NCBI RefSeq assembly: GCF_964194025.1
Contig: NC_134475.1
Coordinates: 16,430,001-16,494,000 of the forward strand
Reading direction: 5' to 3'
DNA length: 64,000 nucleotides
Source: Convolutriloba macropyga
Lineage: Eukaryota
Positions 51,800-64,000 of the stretch are shown one piece after another; the first letter of the stretch is position 1; each line of letters starts with the position of its first letter. A model generated the notes under the pieces. That model was not told the DNA's origin. It ran no database searches and was given only the letters and a program-made list of their open reading frames with translations. The position numbers and the translations under genes are program-made.

Positions 51800-54700
51800 T
51801 CCAGCAAAGTAAGTCCTAAAGAAGCAAATTAAAAATGGACAGAAAACCACACAAGTTTCCGTCCACCTGTTGAGGTTGCTGTCAAATTTTTATACTATTG
51901 GCATTGCTTGATTCCTGTTGGTTTTAAAACTATTTTGTCTGATCGATTTGAGTTGATGGACTTTTGTCAATAACATTTCCGCTCATGTTATGCTCAATGT
52001 AATTCGAAAATATTTTTTCTCAGAGCTTAAGCTATTTTGTTATCTCATTCAAACTTTTACGAAGCTGAACTGAATTGTGTTTGGAAAGCGGCAGAAGTTA
52101 CTTGGATATCAAAGCCAGCGTGAGAAAAGAACTAACAATTTCAATGCTTTAACTAAGCTCTCACTTTTTATTATAAAAAGAGCACTTTCCTAAGATTTCT
52201 CAATTTTTCCTTAGATTATATATCAGATCTGCAAAATCTGAAATTTTGTATTTCGACGTGACAAACCTTGTATTTCTTAACAAAGAGCAATTCAACCAAT
52301 TTCGGATCCTGCTCAGATCGAGACCTGTTCAGATTTAGTTGAGAGCTGTAAGATGACATCCAGTCGGTTTGAGTATTAAGTTTTTCTGGTGCTAGAGGGA
52401 GGTCTTGATGCAGGATATGCATGGATGCTGGATATTCTTAAATCCAACTCAACAAAGTAATCATAATCGTCATCTTCCCGGTATTTTAACAGATCACTCT
52501 CAGAAATAGATTCACTCCAAGTATATTAACATAAAGGCAGCGAATTTATCATTATTCAAGCATAGAGAAACGTAACGTCAAAAAAAGCTCCAAAGACCGA
52601 TGTCTCATGTTCTTTAAAAGTAGCTCATTTTTCACTTTGATGTGATGAGCTTTGCGTCCCAACTGAGATTAGGTGCACTGTGGAAATGGGCAGGATTTAG
52701 TTGATACGCTTTCATACGAACATCTGTAAATTTTTGAAAAACGTCATCGAGAAGAAAAACATCAATCTTAGGTATGCATCGTGATAGTCTCCAAGGTTTT
52801 TACAGCCCAATAAGTAATAAATCTGCACCGCTTCGTTAGATTGCTGCTCTGAAATATCCATTTTTCCGGTTAGAGTGTTTTCCCACTCCATGCGAAATGC
52901 AGGAGCGTTGATTTGTTCCTGGCCGTCAAGAATACTATATTGAATTACGCTTTTTTCGCAATCTTAAAAACATCGTCATTGATATGGTAAAACCCTGAGC
53001 GTAGAATCCGAAAATCTTTGTGTTCAAGAGTTTTACTTTGTGTTCAAGAGCGCGTCAGGGCTGGAAGCCATAAATTTCATGCTGTCGAGAAAAGTAATTC
53101 ATGTTTTATCGTTTTTTCCTTACCACATTTGTCAAAATACGTATGAATTGGAACCTTAATGGAAAAGAAAAAAATCGTTTCTTCGGTGCGAGCTATAACT
53201 CTTGTTTGTCTTCAAGCGCCAGGTATTTCATTATGTGATGCGAGTCGTAACGGTAAGGGTTGTGGAAAAAAACGAACAAAGGAACCTGCAGTAACTTTCA
53301 AGTTACAATTCGAGTGAGCTACACCAATAAATTCCCGTTAATTGTCAATGAAGCACAACTTTGACCTCGAGAGAAGCGTCTGGAGAGAATTCGCTTTCAC
53401 ATTCAACACGGCTCTACCCAGTTGTTAATCTTCAACTCTGTTGCAATATCAGTCAATTGTAGTTTTCGTTGTTGTCGCTCTACCGCTGTCCACTTCAACT
53501 AATGCCTCATTGTGACCAAAAACTTTGATGCAATTTTCTCCTCCGTAGAACATCTCGTTTGCAAATTAACCATCTCGCACGTCTACCAGAACGGCTCCAT
53601 AATTCAAAGGATGTTGTTGTTCAATTATATGCGTAGTGGCAGAGCCACGATTGAAAGCACCGTGCGTGTAATTAGAAACTATATCCTCGCAGTAATCTGT
53701 TTTAACATTGAATGCCTCTAGATTAGCGTAAATAACAAAGACATTTTGTTGTCTTGTGCCAGCTTGTAAACTCAGTGATAGCGTTCAATGGTGGCATCTC
53801 AATCAATAAGGGTTGTTGGTTAAGGCAGAGTTGTCGCTGCTGTTGCATTTTTGTTCGCGCAACACTCCGCTCAGAAAATGTTTGGAGATTATTTTGAGAA
53901 CCAGCTTTTCTGTCAGACCGCAGGAGTGTCTTCAAAAGCCTACCTACATTTTTTATTGAACAAAATGAGACCTTTTGTCGTCATTGAAAAGCAAAAGATT
54001 GGTTTTCCTCCACCTTTAATGTTCGTGAGATATGCTGGGTAAATTGTGCGAGGTTCTTCAAAAGCGTAAACGTTAATTTTACTGTTATCTTGCTCAACAC
54101 GCGATTTTTGGCCGAGGGGCATTGGTATGCGATCTTTGTTGAACCTAATTTTTTTCAAAATACGGGTGTATCTTTTCGGGCGTTCTTGATAAGTACTGGG
54201 AACAGGACTTCGAAGACGCGTTAAATGAAACAGCCCATCTGCACTGCAAAGTTTTTGATTTTAAGAACCGTCCTTCGGAGAGGCTGAAGCAGCCTTGGTG
54301 TGGGAATAAAGCTACCAGGACGCAGTGGCCGATAATTATATAGTTTATGTAAATCATTTGAAGTCTCTTAATGACCTATCCGCTCCCAGCTGTGCAAAAA
54401 ATATTGATTTACTTCAAAACTTGGTCAGCATGCTGATAGTATTGGTCAGAGTCCAAATGGGATGCCACATTCTCCATGTTACTATTGAGAAAACAGGAGG
54501 TTTTGTCACCTTTAACCGGCTTTTGAATTCAATTTGAAGACAGGAGTGAAAATTTGAATTCATAGGGTCAGAGGTCGTCTTTGATTTCACAAATCGTTAA
54601 AATGCGCTCTTATGTGTCACCAAGAACTCGAACGGATCATAATGCTCTTCGTCGTTGATAGCAAACCGAATCGTGTGGAAAACACCTGTCACCGACCTCT

Positions 54701-55060
54701 TTTCATTGTGCAATTGACTTATTCCCAAAGTCCTTGACTCTCTCGTTGGTTGTTGTCTGACATTATGATTGACATTCGTATGTTCAGTCAACGCGTTTTG
54801 TGTGCAGAAAAAGGTCTGGCAGCTCGAGACTTTCAGGTATCGTGCAAATTTGTGCTCTGTTTAGATATCGCACTATGTTGCGAGCTAAGGAAAACACTCG
54901 TAAACTGCCCGCAACAAAAACGCGTTATTGGTTTGTTGGGATGCTGTTGACGTTAATGATTAGAGAGTTTATGCCGACTTGCAAGGATTCACTACAACTT
55001 AAGCATTTGTGTATAATATTGCTACATTAGGTGGCCTTAAACAACCCCGATTTTGAGTTT
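51800..55060 (-). pseudogene. Decayed Polinton/Maverick (adintovirus-like) protein-primed DNA polymerase B with endonuclease-VII-like motif
   Basis: Ordered minus-strand remnants: INVYAF, GVAHSNCNL, FFHNPYRYDSHHI, FLDSMKFMASS, LGDYHDAY/DVFLLDDVFQKF, LNPAHFHSAPNLSWDA, DVTFLYA and HQDLPLAPEK. Many frameshifts. Confidence 0.8.
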
Positions 55061-55951
55061 AAGATGCAGGTATTTGCCACTTAACGGAGCTTTTTGCATT
55101 AAACATGTAAAATACTGTCACCAGTAGAATTTAGTTGTGGCTAAACGTCCGATGTTGACCTGATTTCTGAGCTAAGAGCAGTCATTGTCTTTAGAAATTT
55201 GTTTTTGTTTTTCTTTCATCTCTTACCTCAAGTTGTTTAGTATTGAATTTTCTTGAACGTACCGTATCAACTTGTTTCAAGGCGAGTAATTCTATCGCTT
55301 AACTCGAAAGTCTTTCTTTGTTAGCAATTCTTCAAAATGGCTGTGCTTGGGCTTTGTTGCTTCAATCTGTTATTTCAGATAAAGCCACTGGGCTTTCGGA
55401 GCCTGAACACAGCCCTATTTTGATAGATAATGTAAACAGAAATGGAGAAATATAATCACTCAAGTAATTTTTCTTGAATAATAATAATATCGTTTTCCTC
55501 TCGTTTCTACCTTTTATAAGTTGTTCCAGGCGTGAACGACATTTTAATTTAATTGATATTGTCGCCTGCAGTTCACGCAGCGAATTGATACGCAGTTTAA
55601 AGTGCGCTCTAACCAGCCAAATCAAAATCTGCTTCAAACTAAATTAAACTGTCTATTGAACTTCGCTGATCTTTAATTGCTACAACGAGCGAGAACAGTG
55701 AAAAGGTGGCGAGCGAGTGTTTGTGAAACAAGAGTCAGTCGATGACTGTTAGTTGATAAAATTTTACAAGGGATCGGGGAAGATCAAGGCCTGGTGTTGC
55801 AAAGCCGAACATACGATAGGCTGATGAACACATTTCTCTATACCGGAAGCTAATTCATGTGGTTGACCACGCAGAGCTAGATTATTCATCTGTGCATGTA
55901 GTAAAGTTTGCGGCCTGCGCAAAGTTGAATGAAGATGCCAAATTTTTATTG

Positions 55952-57358
55952 ATGATGTGCAATTATTCAGAACGTACAAGGTGAGATTAAAGCTTCTTTC
56001 CATTAAAGTTCTGCGCAAAAATCTCCAAACTAGGCTTTCAATTTGTATGTCCTGGCTCATTGCATAGCTTGTACACAGTGGTCATCAATTACGCGCTTCA
56101 TAAGAAATGAATCAAGTTTTGTTCTGTTTCAGTAAACTCAAAGGAATATGCTCGCCTAAATATTGTGGTCTTCAATCCCGAAGAAAACAGGAGGATCACA
56201 TCTTAGTTCAAAATCTTTACAAAAGTCAACGGGAGATTCTGGGATAGGACGCAAGTGACGCTGACCACTAAGGAGTTCTTTGACCTCGTTCTCTATCATT
56301 GAGATCAAAAGAAGTCAAATTTCGTTTGAAGGAGTTGGGCCTGCGGCAAGCTCAAATGGAAATGGTGAACAGGAATATAAGACTCCCTTATTTTTTTTGT
56401 GTGTACTATAAAGACAATCAACAACACATTTTTGCTCATTTTACCGTTAAATATTGTTGCTGCTTAATATTTGCATATTACTCTGCAATTCATTACTTAA
56501 ATGGGTCAATAGTCTTTGAATTGTTTCTTCGTAGCATTTGGTTCATGCTATAATACAGCAAAAGGCCATTCTTATTTTAGTAATAGCGAAATTACGATCA
56601 CATTGAAAGAAACACAAATTGAAACATGTTTCATTGTTCTGTCTATTCAAGATATTAAATACAATTCATAGCGAAGCAAAGAGAGCGTGGCCGCCTATTC
56701 TAAAGTGGGGGACGTTCTAGAGACTGGAGACGGCTCCTGTCTCCAGGCAGGCAACCCGGTCAGCCCGCTTGCTCTAATCCAAGGCGGAGTGTTAAAACTT
56801 AACTTTTGTGTAGCAGCATGGGAAACGCACCCCAACCAGTTATTGGAGGCCGGCGGAACCCTGACACCGCCGTGACTTAGCGAACTAAGTCCTACTTGCC
56901 ACTTTAAACACGTATAAAGTAAGAAAGGGTGTTGAGAAACCACAAGAATTTGATTACATGGGATTTTAAAATGTTAATTAGAATCTGAGTTTCCATACAA
57001 AATTGATGTTAGTTGACTGTTGTTCTCGGTGTTCCGCTTACTTTTCAATAGTTCGAATGATACTGCACTTGAATTGCTCAATTGAGCTCAGAAAAGATGT
57101 ATTACTAATAATATGTTTGTTGCAATTTTACAAAGATGGGTTAATTATCCGCTAATGAATAACTAGCTAGCTTTTTATATTTGTAGCGAGAGAATATGTA
57201 TTGAATAATTCCAGCATTATAGAGTACATATCTATTTCAGAATTAGTAATGTTCGGAGATTAAGATTAGAGGGCAACTTTCGTAGCCCCCAAAAAAGAAA
57301 ATCTCTTAAGTCAGGAGGTACACGCAAGAAGCATAGAAGTACCGCAGACCGAAGATGA
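55952..57358 (+). CDS. Speculative small multi-exon gene (~107 aa), product unknown
   Basis: Clear AAG|GTGAGA donor (55981) and ttctgtttcag acceptor (56132). Further open segments at 56304-56372 and 57241-57358 can be joined only through uncertain sites. Confidence 0.25.
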
Positions 57359-57965
57359 ACAAGATACAAATGTCCCCATGCAGGACAGCAGTGACGTTTG
57401 TTGAAAAATTAAAATTTCGGGATAATATCAAAAATCCATCGTTTCTTCTAAATTAGATGCTAATTCAAGCCTTTGATCAAAAACTTCAAGCCTTTTCCAG
57501 CTTTTTTAATGGTTTCCAGTCTTTTTAATTTGCTATCTGTTAATAGCAAATGTGAGAGAATGCTGTTGTTTGATTTGAAACGATTTTGATTGTTTTCGTC
57601 CAATTGCATAGTTTATGCGAATTATACGCGTACCATACATGTGTTATACATATATATTTTAAATGAGTCATAATGTGGGCAACAGAGCCCCTCATTTCTT
57701 ACTATTGACGTCGTTTTTCACTATTTGTGGAGCGAGGTTTTGTTCCTTTGCATAATTAAGTTTACTTACCGCACTCTCAATACAGACTTCCTCTCTCTGA
57801 AATTGATTTTTCTTTTCTTTTAAATCAGAGAGCTGAGGTCAAGTGAATAAGTGTACCTCTAATTGGAGGTTATTTGAGAGCACCTAAATGACGCAGCAAT
57901 AAGGCATACAGATTCTAAATCTAAATATAACATCTTAGCTTTTAATAAGTGAAATTTGTTTTTTG

Positions 57966-58370
57966 TTTTTAATTGCACTCGCAAAGAAGCAATTATTGTA
58001 AACGTGTCGTTTTTCCTTTCAAAAATTTCGCTAGACCGTTTTTTGACTTCGCTAGTGGCTTTGACTTCCTGGCTTTTTGCGTTTTACATGATCTAAAGTT
58101 CTCTCTCAATCACAATTTCAACCAGCTGAACTCAATTGGCGGCAGTATAATAATAAAAGTCAAATGAGAAGTGCGCCGAAAGTGATTTTTTTTCGCTTTA
58201 AATCTTAATAGTGGTATACTTTAACCTCTGATGAGGTTCTTTGAAGCCCCCTAGTGAATTTGTTAGTCCCATTTAGGCTAACCTTCTCTGGCGCTCCGAC
58301 CGAAGCAGGCTGCAATTGATTAGAGATCCCACTAGTCTTTCGAGAGCAATTCTTCCGTCGTTAGTTGTTT
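57966..58370 (+). mobile_element. HINE family 1 subtype A, followed by a truncated copy at 58529-58830
   Basis: Colinear with 23772-24174 and has the same subTIRs. Confidence 0.75.
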
Positions 58371-59466
58371 AATTTTGAGATTTCAGATCTAGGAAGCTAC
58401 TGCGGCTATTTTCTGGCAATCTGCCAGCTATGTTATTATCTTGTATTTGAAAAAAATGTTACCAAAATTAATGGATGTAAAATTGTAAAACTATTATTAA
58501 ACATTCAAACATTTTTGATATCTTTTTATTTGCTCTCGAACGAAGTTTGAAGCAATTATTGTAAACGTGTTGGTTATTTTAGGCAACTGTTTCTTGGCCG
58601 TTTTTGCATTTTGAGTGAGTTTTACGCCCTTTGAGTGAATTTTACGCCCTTGACTTTTCGATTTTTGTGGTCTTAAATTTTCTCTAATTCAGAAGTGTCA
58701 GCATCTGAACTCAAGTGGCGGCAGTTCACTACTAAAAGTCAGTGTACCAAAATTGGAGTATTTTGTTTTATTATATCTTTTTTAGTAGTTTTGGTGTTAT
58801 ATAATAACCTCTAATGACGTCATTTGAAGCCCCCTCCCCCCCCCCCCCCCCCCCCCCTATTTTAGTTACTATAAGGTGAAGTGTCTTGATTATTGAAATA
58901 TTTGATTACCTTTCTCGGAACTAAGTCAAATATCTCAACATAATTGTCTGTAAAACGTACCAAAAACTGTCAGACTAAACTAAAGAAAACTTGAACGATT
59001 TTGGAACATATGGCAGCGTGAGAAAGCGTGAAAAATGAAAATTTTTGAGAACTTTGAGCCTCAGTGTTTGCTCGGAAAAAAATGAATATTGATTGATTAA
59101 GTTGTTCAATGTTTTTTTTTTCAGTGGTAACATTTGTCTATCTCGCAGTAATAGATATCGATCGGAATTGACTGATCCAGAATTGACTGAACAAAAAAGC
59201 CAGGCTAATAAATTCGGACGTTGGAACAATTAGTTTGCTGTTTTATTGAGTATCTGAGATTTAAATTTGGCGTTTGAGATTTGAACTCGCAAAATATTAA
59301 ACTAGTAGTTTTTATTCATTTTTTGTTGTTTTTGAAGTGCTTGTAGACTTTTTGTCCATTAACCTGTTTTATGCCATTTATGTAATGTTCATATATTCAG
59401 CAACTTTCTTCACCCCCTTCTATTATTTAATTAAAGTCATCCGGTGGATTTTTAACGATTTTGCGC

Positions 59467-59632
59467 TAATCGAAGGTAAAAAGAGTTTATCATTATCAAC
59501 GAACGCACTTAGAGTTGGGGGTTTAGAACAAATTGAAGTTAAAAAGAGTTTATCGTTATCAACGAACGCTCATAGAGTTAGGGTTTTAGAAAAAATTGAA
59601 GTTAAAAAGAGTTTATCATTATCAACGAACAC
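59467..59632. repeat. 63-bp tandem repeat (~2.6 units)
   Basis: gaagttaaaaagagtttatcattatcaacgaac recurs three times with similar linkers. Confidence 0.85.
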
Positions 59633-59803
59633 TTCTACAGTTCGCCAGTTTTTATAAGTGTTTTTTATTTAGCTTGACTTATAGTACATAGCCGTGCTGA
59701 GTTGCATTAACTTAATCAATAGTTTTCTGGTTAAAACAAGCTGGTTGTATTCTTGACTCTACAGTGCGCTTATATTGTTAGTTTTAATAAACAACAAACT
59801 AAA

Positions 59804-60485
59804 ATGCCTCGCATACAGTCTAAGTCATGGGAGAGTGCGTCAAATATACGCCAGCTACAGAAAGTCAGTCAGAAATCTGTGTATGATCATATAAACCCGC
59901 TTTGGGACGACGAGCCTCTTGTTCCTTTCGAATTCATTCAACCAAAATCCCCCCAAATAGTTGCAGAACAACCACTTGATAAGGGAGAAGTTGTGTCAAA
60001 CGTGGCATTGTCCCAGACCTCAGAGCAGACCGTTGCCGGAGCCAAAACTGTCAAGTTTGAAAAGATCCCCAAAAAGGTGAGAATTATGCTGGACGTGAAA
60101 AAGGAGCCGGATAAGGAAAAGCCCAGGAAGCGCGGAAGTGACGTAAATGAAGTAGATGTAGGAAGCGAGACTGTTTCATGGTCAGGCACTGCTGGTTCTG
60201 AAGCTGTGAGAAGGGTATCGGAAGATGCGAAGTCGAACACAGATGCTCAAAGTGATCAAATTCCTCAGCAGCGGAAGAAATTTAGTGCAATGAGTCGACG
60301 CTCGTTTGCGAGCTCTCAAGCTTTATCTGGCTTCACATCGAATATTAAACCAGAGAAAGAAGATTTTGATTCGGTCATAAGTTCGATTGAAGAACATTCT
60401 CCGCGGTTAACAACTGAAGAAATATCAGTTGATGCTGTTTCAGAAAACATTGATCAAAATAAGCGAGTGGGTCCGAGCGTGGAAG
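59804..60485 (+). CDS. First coding exon of an unknown gene (Ser/Glu/Lys-rich, probably disordered)
   Basis: aaaATG at 59804, 227 open codons and a consensus donor GAAG|GTAAGT at 60486. The next exon was not identified. Confidence 0.7.
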
Positions 60486-63400
60486 GTAAGTGACAATTAA
60501 AGAGAAGGAAAAGGGTGTAATGAAAATGAAATTGAAGCAAATTGGGCTTAATCTAGTCTGATCCGAACCAGTGTTTCATAGTAAGATTCGAATTTTGATT
60601 TGATTAAAGGTTTTATGGTGTCTGTGAGCACCCCCAACCAACCCCTGACGTCCATTTATTTCTGCTCATTCATCGAATTACCTCCAAAGGTTGCGCTCCA
60701 TTGCCGCTGTCATTACACCCAATACTTAAATTAATTGGGACAACTAGAACCCAAATTTGCGGATATGCAGGTGTGGGGCAAATACCGTAGTAGAGGGGTG
60801 AAATACCGTAGCGGTTTTGACTATTGTTCAGATGAATAAGAGTAAAATTGTTTTCGGATGTAAAATATAGGAGCAACTGACATGGCTGGCATAGTTGCTG
60901 GTTTCTCTAAACTGGTTTTTATGAAATTTAAACCGAAGAAATGTTTTCATAAATGTGAAGTTTGTTTTATGCTACGACAACTGTTCTTTTTTATGGCACG
61001 GTATTCAATTTGTTAAAGTGGCTATGATGTGGACGTGAGAATCTACAGCCCCTCCAATTACCATAAAATACTATTATGGGCCATATGGGAACCTAAAAGT
61101 TTTAGCTTTTACAGGTCATATATACAATACAATTTATGTACAACCATTCGGCAAAAGAAGTTAAATAGACATTAAGAAAGAGTTTCAGTTTAAAAGGAAT
61201 GTTGAGAAAAAAGTTCATGTTAAAAATGGGTGTTGTTCTCGCTGTATTAATGGACTTCTGCTGCCTCAGGCGCACTCAGCCATTACAAGCACCAGTGAGG
61301 GCTTCTACTGGCTGAAGTTGCCATATCAAATAGATTTTGGCTTGATTGCTTGGCTAGCCTCGTAGAAGATGGTATGAGCGGCAAGTTTCAGTTTCGCAAG
61401 GCAATTATGTACTATTAAATAATAAATTTTAGGATAATAAGAGTTTCATGTACGTTGGTGATGCTCGAACCTCGTCTCGTGTGGATGCATGAATATTGCT
61501 CGGTAACAGCGCATTTCACTAAATTGTCTTCTCTGTTTGAAGTTGTTCCGTTTTCTCGTTTCATTTTTGATCTTCAAATCGTCGCAAAAATTCAGGAGGA
61601 GGGAATTTGATCATGATGAGTTTCGAACCGACGCGCGCATTTTCTATTGCGTGTTAGCTGACCGCTCTAAGTTCAATTTAGGATACCGCATATTTTTCAC
61701 TATTTCTTTTCCGATTGCATTGCGAATTAACATTTAAGGCAGATAGCTAGTTTTCCAGCCGAAACAAAGTAACTATGTTTTCTATTATAAAATAACCATC
61801 AGTCTAAGAAGGACACGCTAAAAATTAGTGATGAAAAGGGAGAAAGAGCAATAAAGCAAGCGTTACGTTGACTTCGTAAAACATAACCAAAGTAAGAAGT
61901 GCTTGATTAAAAGTGCAACGCTGACCGAAATCATAAAACCACTGAACCAATCCATGCGTAGCACATAAATAGAGGATTTTGCAATCTGATGTAGATTTTG
62001 TATGTTCTTGATCATTGGGTGGAGTGTATCAAAAGGAACGATAAGTATGAAAGATGGGAAGTTAACTAAGATTGCGTATGCTGGTCGTCATTTTGCTGAC
62101 AATGTATTAAAGTCACTTGATCGTTTCGGCCCCGGATTAACTAGGAGAGCGGCTGGCCGAACTAAGATAAAAGAGGTAGGAAAGGAAAATTGTCCAAAGT
62201 GAAATAGGATAGATTGAAGTGTTTTTTCAGGCCCCGAATTGACTAACCGAGCGGCTGGCCGTATACACTTAAGTTCGGTTGGTGAACGCAGAAAATGCTG
62301 TAATTTGACACGCAATAAGAAGACAAAAATAGATAGACTGGTGAAGCAGAGCTGAGGATTGAACTTCATACCAGTAGATTGCAAGATTTTTTTGCGTTCT
62401 GTTAGTCGGCTGGTCTATTTCGTTTTGTTTTTGCGCCGTTAACTTCACAATACTTTTGATAGAAGAGAACTTAGGGAGAAAAGAAAAACTTTTTGGTACG
62501 ACTTAGAAACGAATTGTAGTCGCTTAAAGTTTGTTGATTCGCTTTGGTGGCTTTGCAACTGCGCTGATGTGCTATATGTTTGGAGTGCTTAGGTTGAAGG
62601 TCAATACATTGATTTTTTGTTTGTCGGTATTTTTCATTTTCTTTTTTTAGCAATTATCTGTTTTTACTTGTATCTATTTAGTAATTGTGGTCCACAATTA
62701 CTAAATAGAGAAACTTTTCTTTTCCGTTATATGTTGTTTTAGAAACCAGTTCTTCAAGGATATTGTTATTGGTGTATGGGGTGCTATGGGGCTTGATTTT
62801 ATTATGTGCCAATATTCAAGTTCTTTGATCTGTTACTTATGCCTCTAGAGTGTGGTTCCTTAAATAAAAAGATGGCGTTAAATGAGATCTTTTAACTTTT
62901 TCAAATACGTGGTCCGAGATAAACGTGCTGATTTCCGCTTAATTGAATTGTATAAAAGTAATTGCATGTCTATAAGAAAAGCCATATAGAGCCTTCTCCA
63001 TTTGCGGTGGTGGTGTCACTAAAATTCCGGAAGTTGACTGCGTAATATATTTTTGAACATTGTTATAATGCTGAATTATTAAAAATGCATATATTGAAAT
63101 GGCGAAAGTCTGCAGTGCCAGAAGTTCTTATATACTTAGCCAGAATTTGACCGACATTTTAAAACTTAAACGTTTCGTGTTTTAAGCAAAGTTGCGTGAC
63201 TGCAGAAATCACTTTCGCGGTTCGCATTAAACGCCAGAAGTGCTCATTGACTTAAAGCAGAGTCACGTAACCTATATTTAATACCTATCAATCAATCAGA
63301 AGCTGGAAGTTTGATATCTGAGATCGGATTTATAATCAACTGTGGCTTCTAAAAAGCGGTTTGAGCTTTGGATGTTTACAGCTAATTATTTTTTAGGAAA

Positions 63401-63525
63401 GTATGCTAATAATGATTTTCATAGCCGTCAGCCTCCATTCAGGTGCTTTCCTTTTTACAATTCAAAGAATGTTTTTGAGTTATGTTGCAGATATAATTTT
63501 AATCAAATTTTGGCCAATTTTTGTT

Positions 63526-63960
63526 TATTGATTGCTCTCAAGCGAAGTTTGTATCAATTATATTATTCCTGTAAGTCTTTTTTATGCGATTTTGCGCTTG
63601 ACCATTTTTTTGTCTGACGCATTTGACTTTTCGTCCCCAAAAACGGGAAAAACAGGTGGCGCCCAGCGGGCATTAAGTGCTCCTAGAGCCTTTCAGCTCA
63701 CTAGTCTTCAAGTATGCGGTTCACAGAATCTGTTTTGGAGACTTATACTTATGGTGCGAAGGGCAGTTCTTAGAGATTGACCCCCCCCCCACTGTTGCCC
63801 CCCCCGCTGTTGCCACCCCGTCAGTACCCGGTCCCCCCCCCCGCTGCGCTCACTTACGCCCCTTCAATTAAGCTGAAGCTAGCCTCACTAAACCGTGCCT
63901 AGCTACTGACCAAGCCAGCCGGTCGTTTGAGAGCAATTCGCCCGACGTTAAATGGTTGTT
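63526..63960 (+). mobile_element. HINE family 1 subtype B
   Basis: attgctctc...gagagcaattcgcccgacgtta. Shares caggtggcgcccagcgggcattaagtgct with 20674-21011. Confidence 0.7.
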
Positions 63961-64000
63961 CTTAAGTGTGTGACGTATTTTTCTGAATTTAAGCTTTTCG

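Noticed and set aside
59337-59657. CRISPR-like repeat array or repeat-protein ORF
   Set aside because: The linkers resemble each other, so this is a simple 63-bp tandem repeat. Eukaryotic context and no cas genes.

Overview
AT-rich, repeat-dense, animal-like eukaryotic genomic DNA with one assembly gap (6722-7291). The first ~21 kb is mostly retroelement debris: CR1-like and L2-like LINEs, and Penelope-like elements, one carrying a decayed minimal hammerhead. The middle holds three recognisable, intron-poor housekeeping genes on + (DHX35, RPE, INTS4). There is also an unknown multi-exon gene on -, a decayed Polinton/Maverick-type pPolB, the first exon of an unknown gene near 60 kb, and many non-autonomous Helentron/DINE-1-like (HINE) elements. 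Main finding: an unusual intron class. In RPE and INTS4, homology-faithful splicing needs a non-canonical GG donor (both AG|GGAACT). Every intron here with a non-canonical or weak donor has its first ~7-20 nt complementary to a segment ending 9-22 nt before its acceptor, up to 18/20 bp. Introns with consensus GTAAGT/GTAAAT donors show no such pairing. This suggests structure-assisted splice-site definition or a TIR-transposon (introner-like) origin. All splice models are inferred from genomic sequence and remembered homologue motifs, and need cDNA confirmation.
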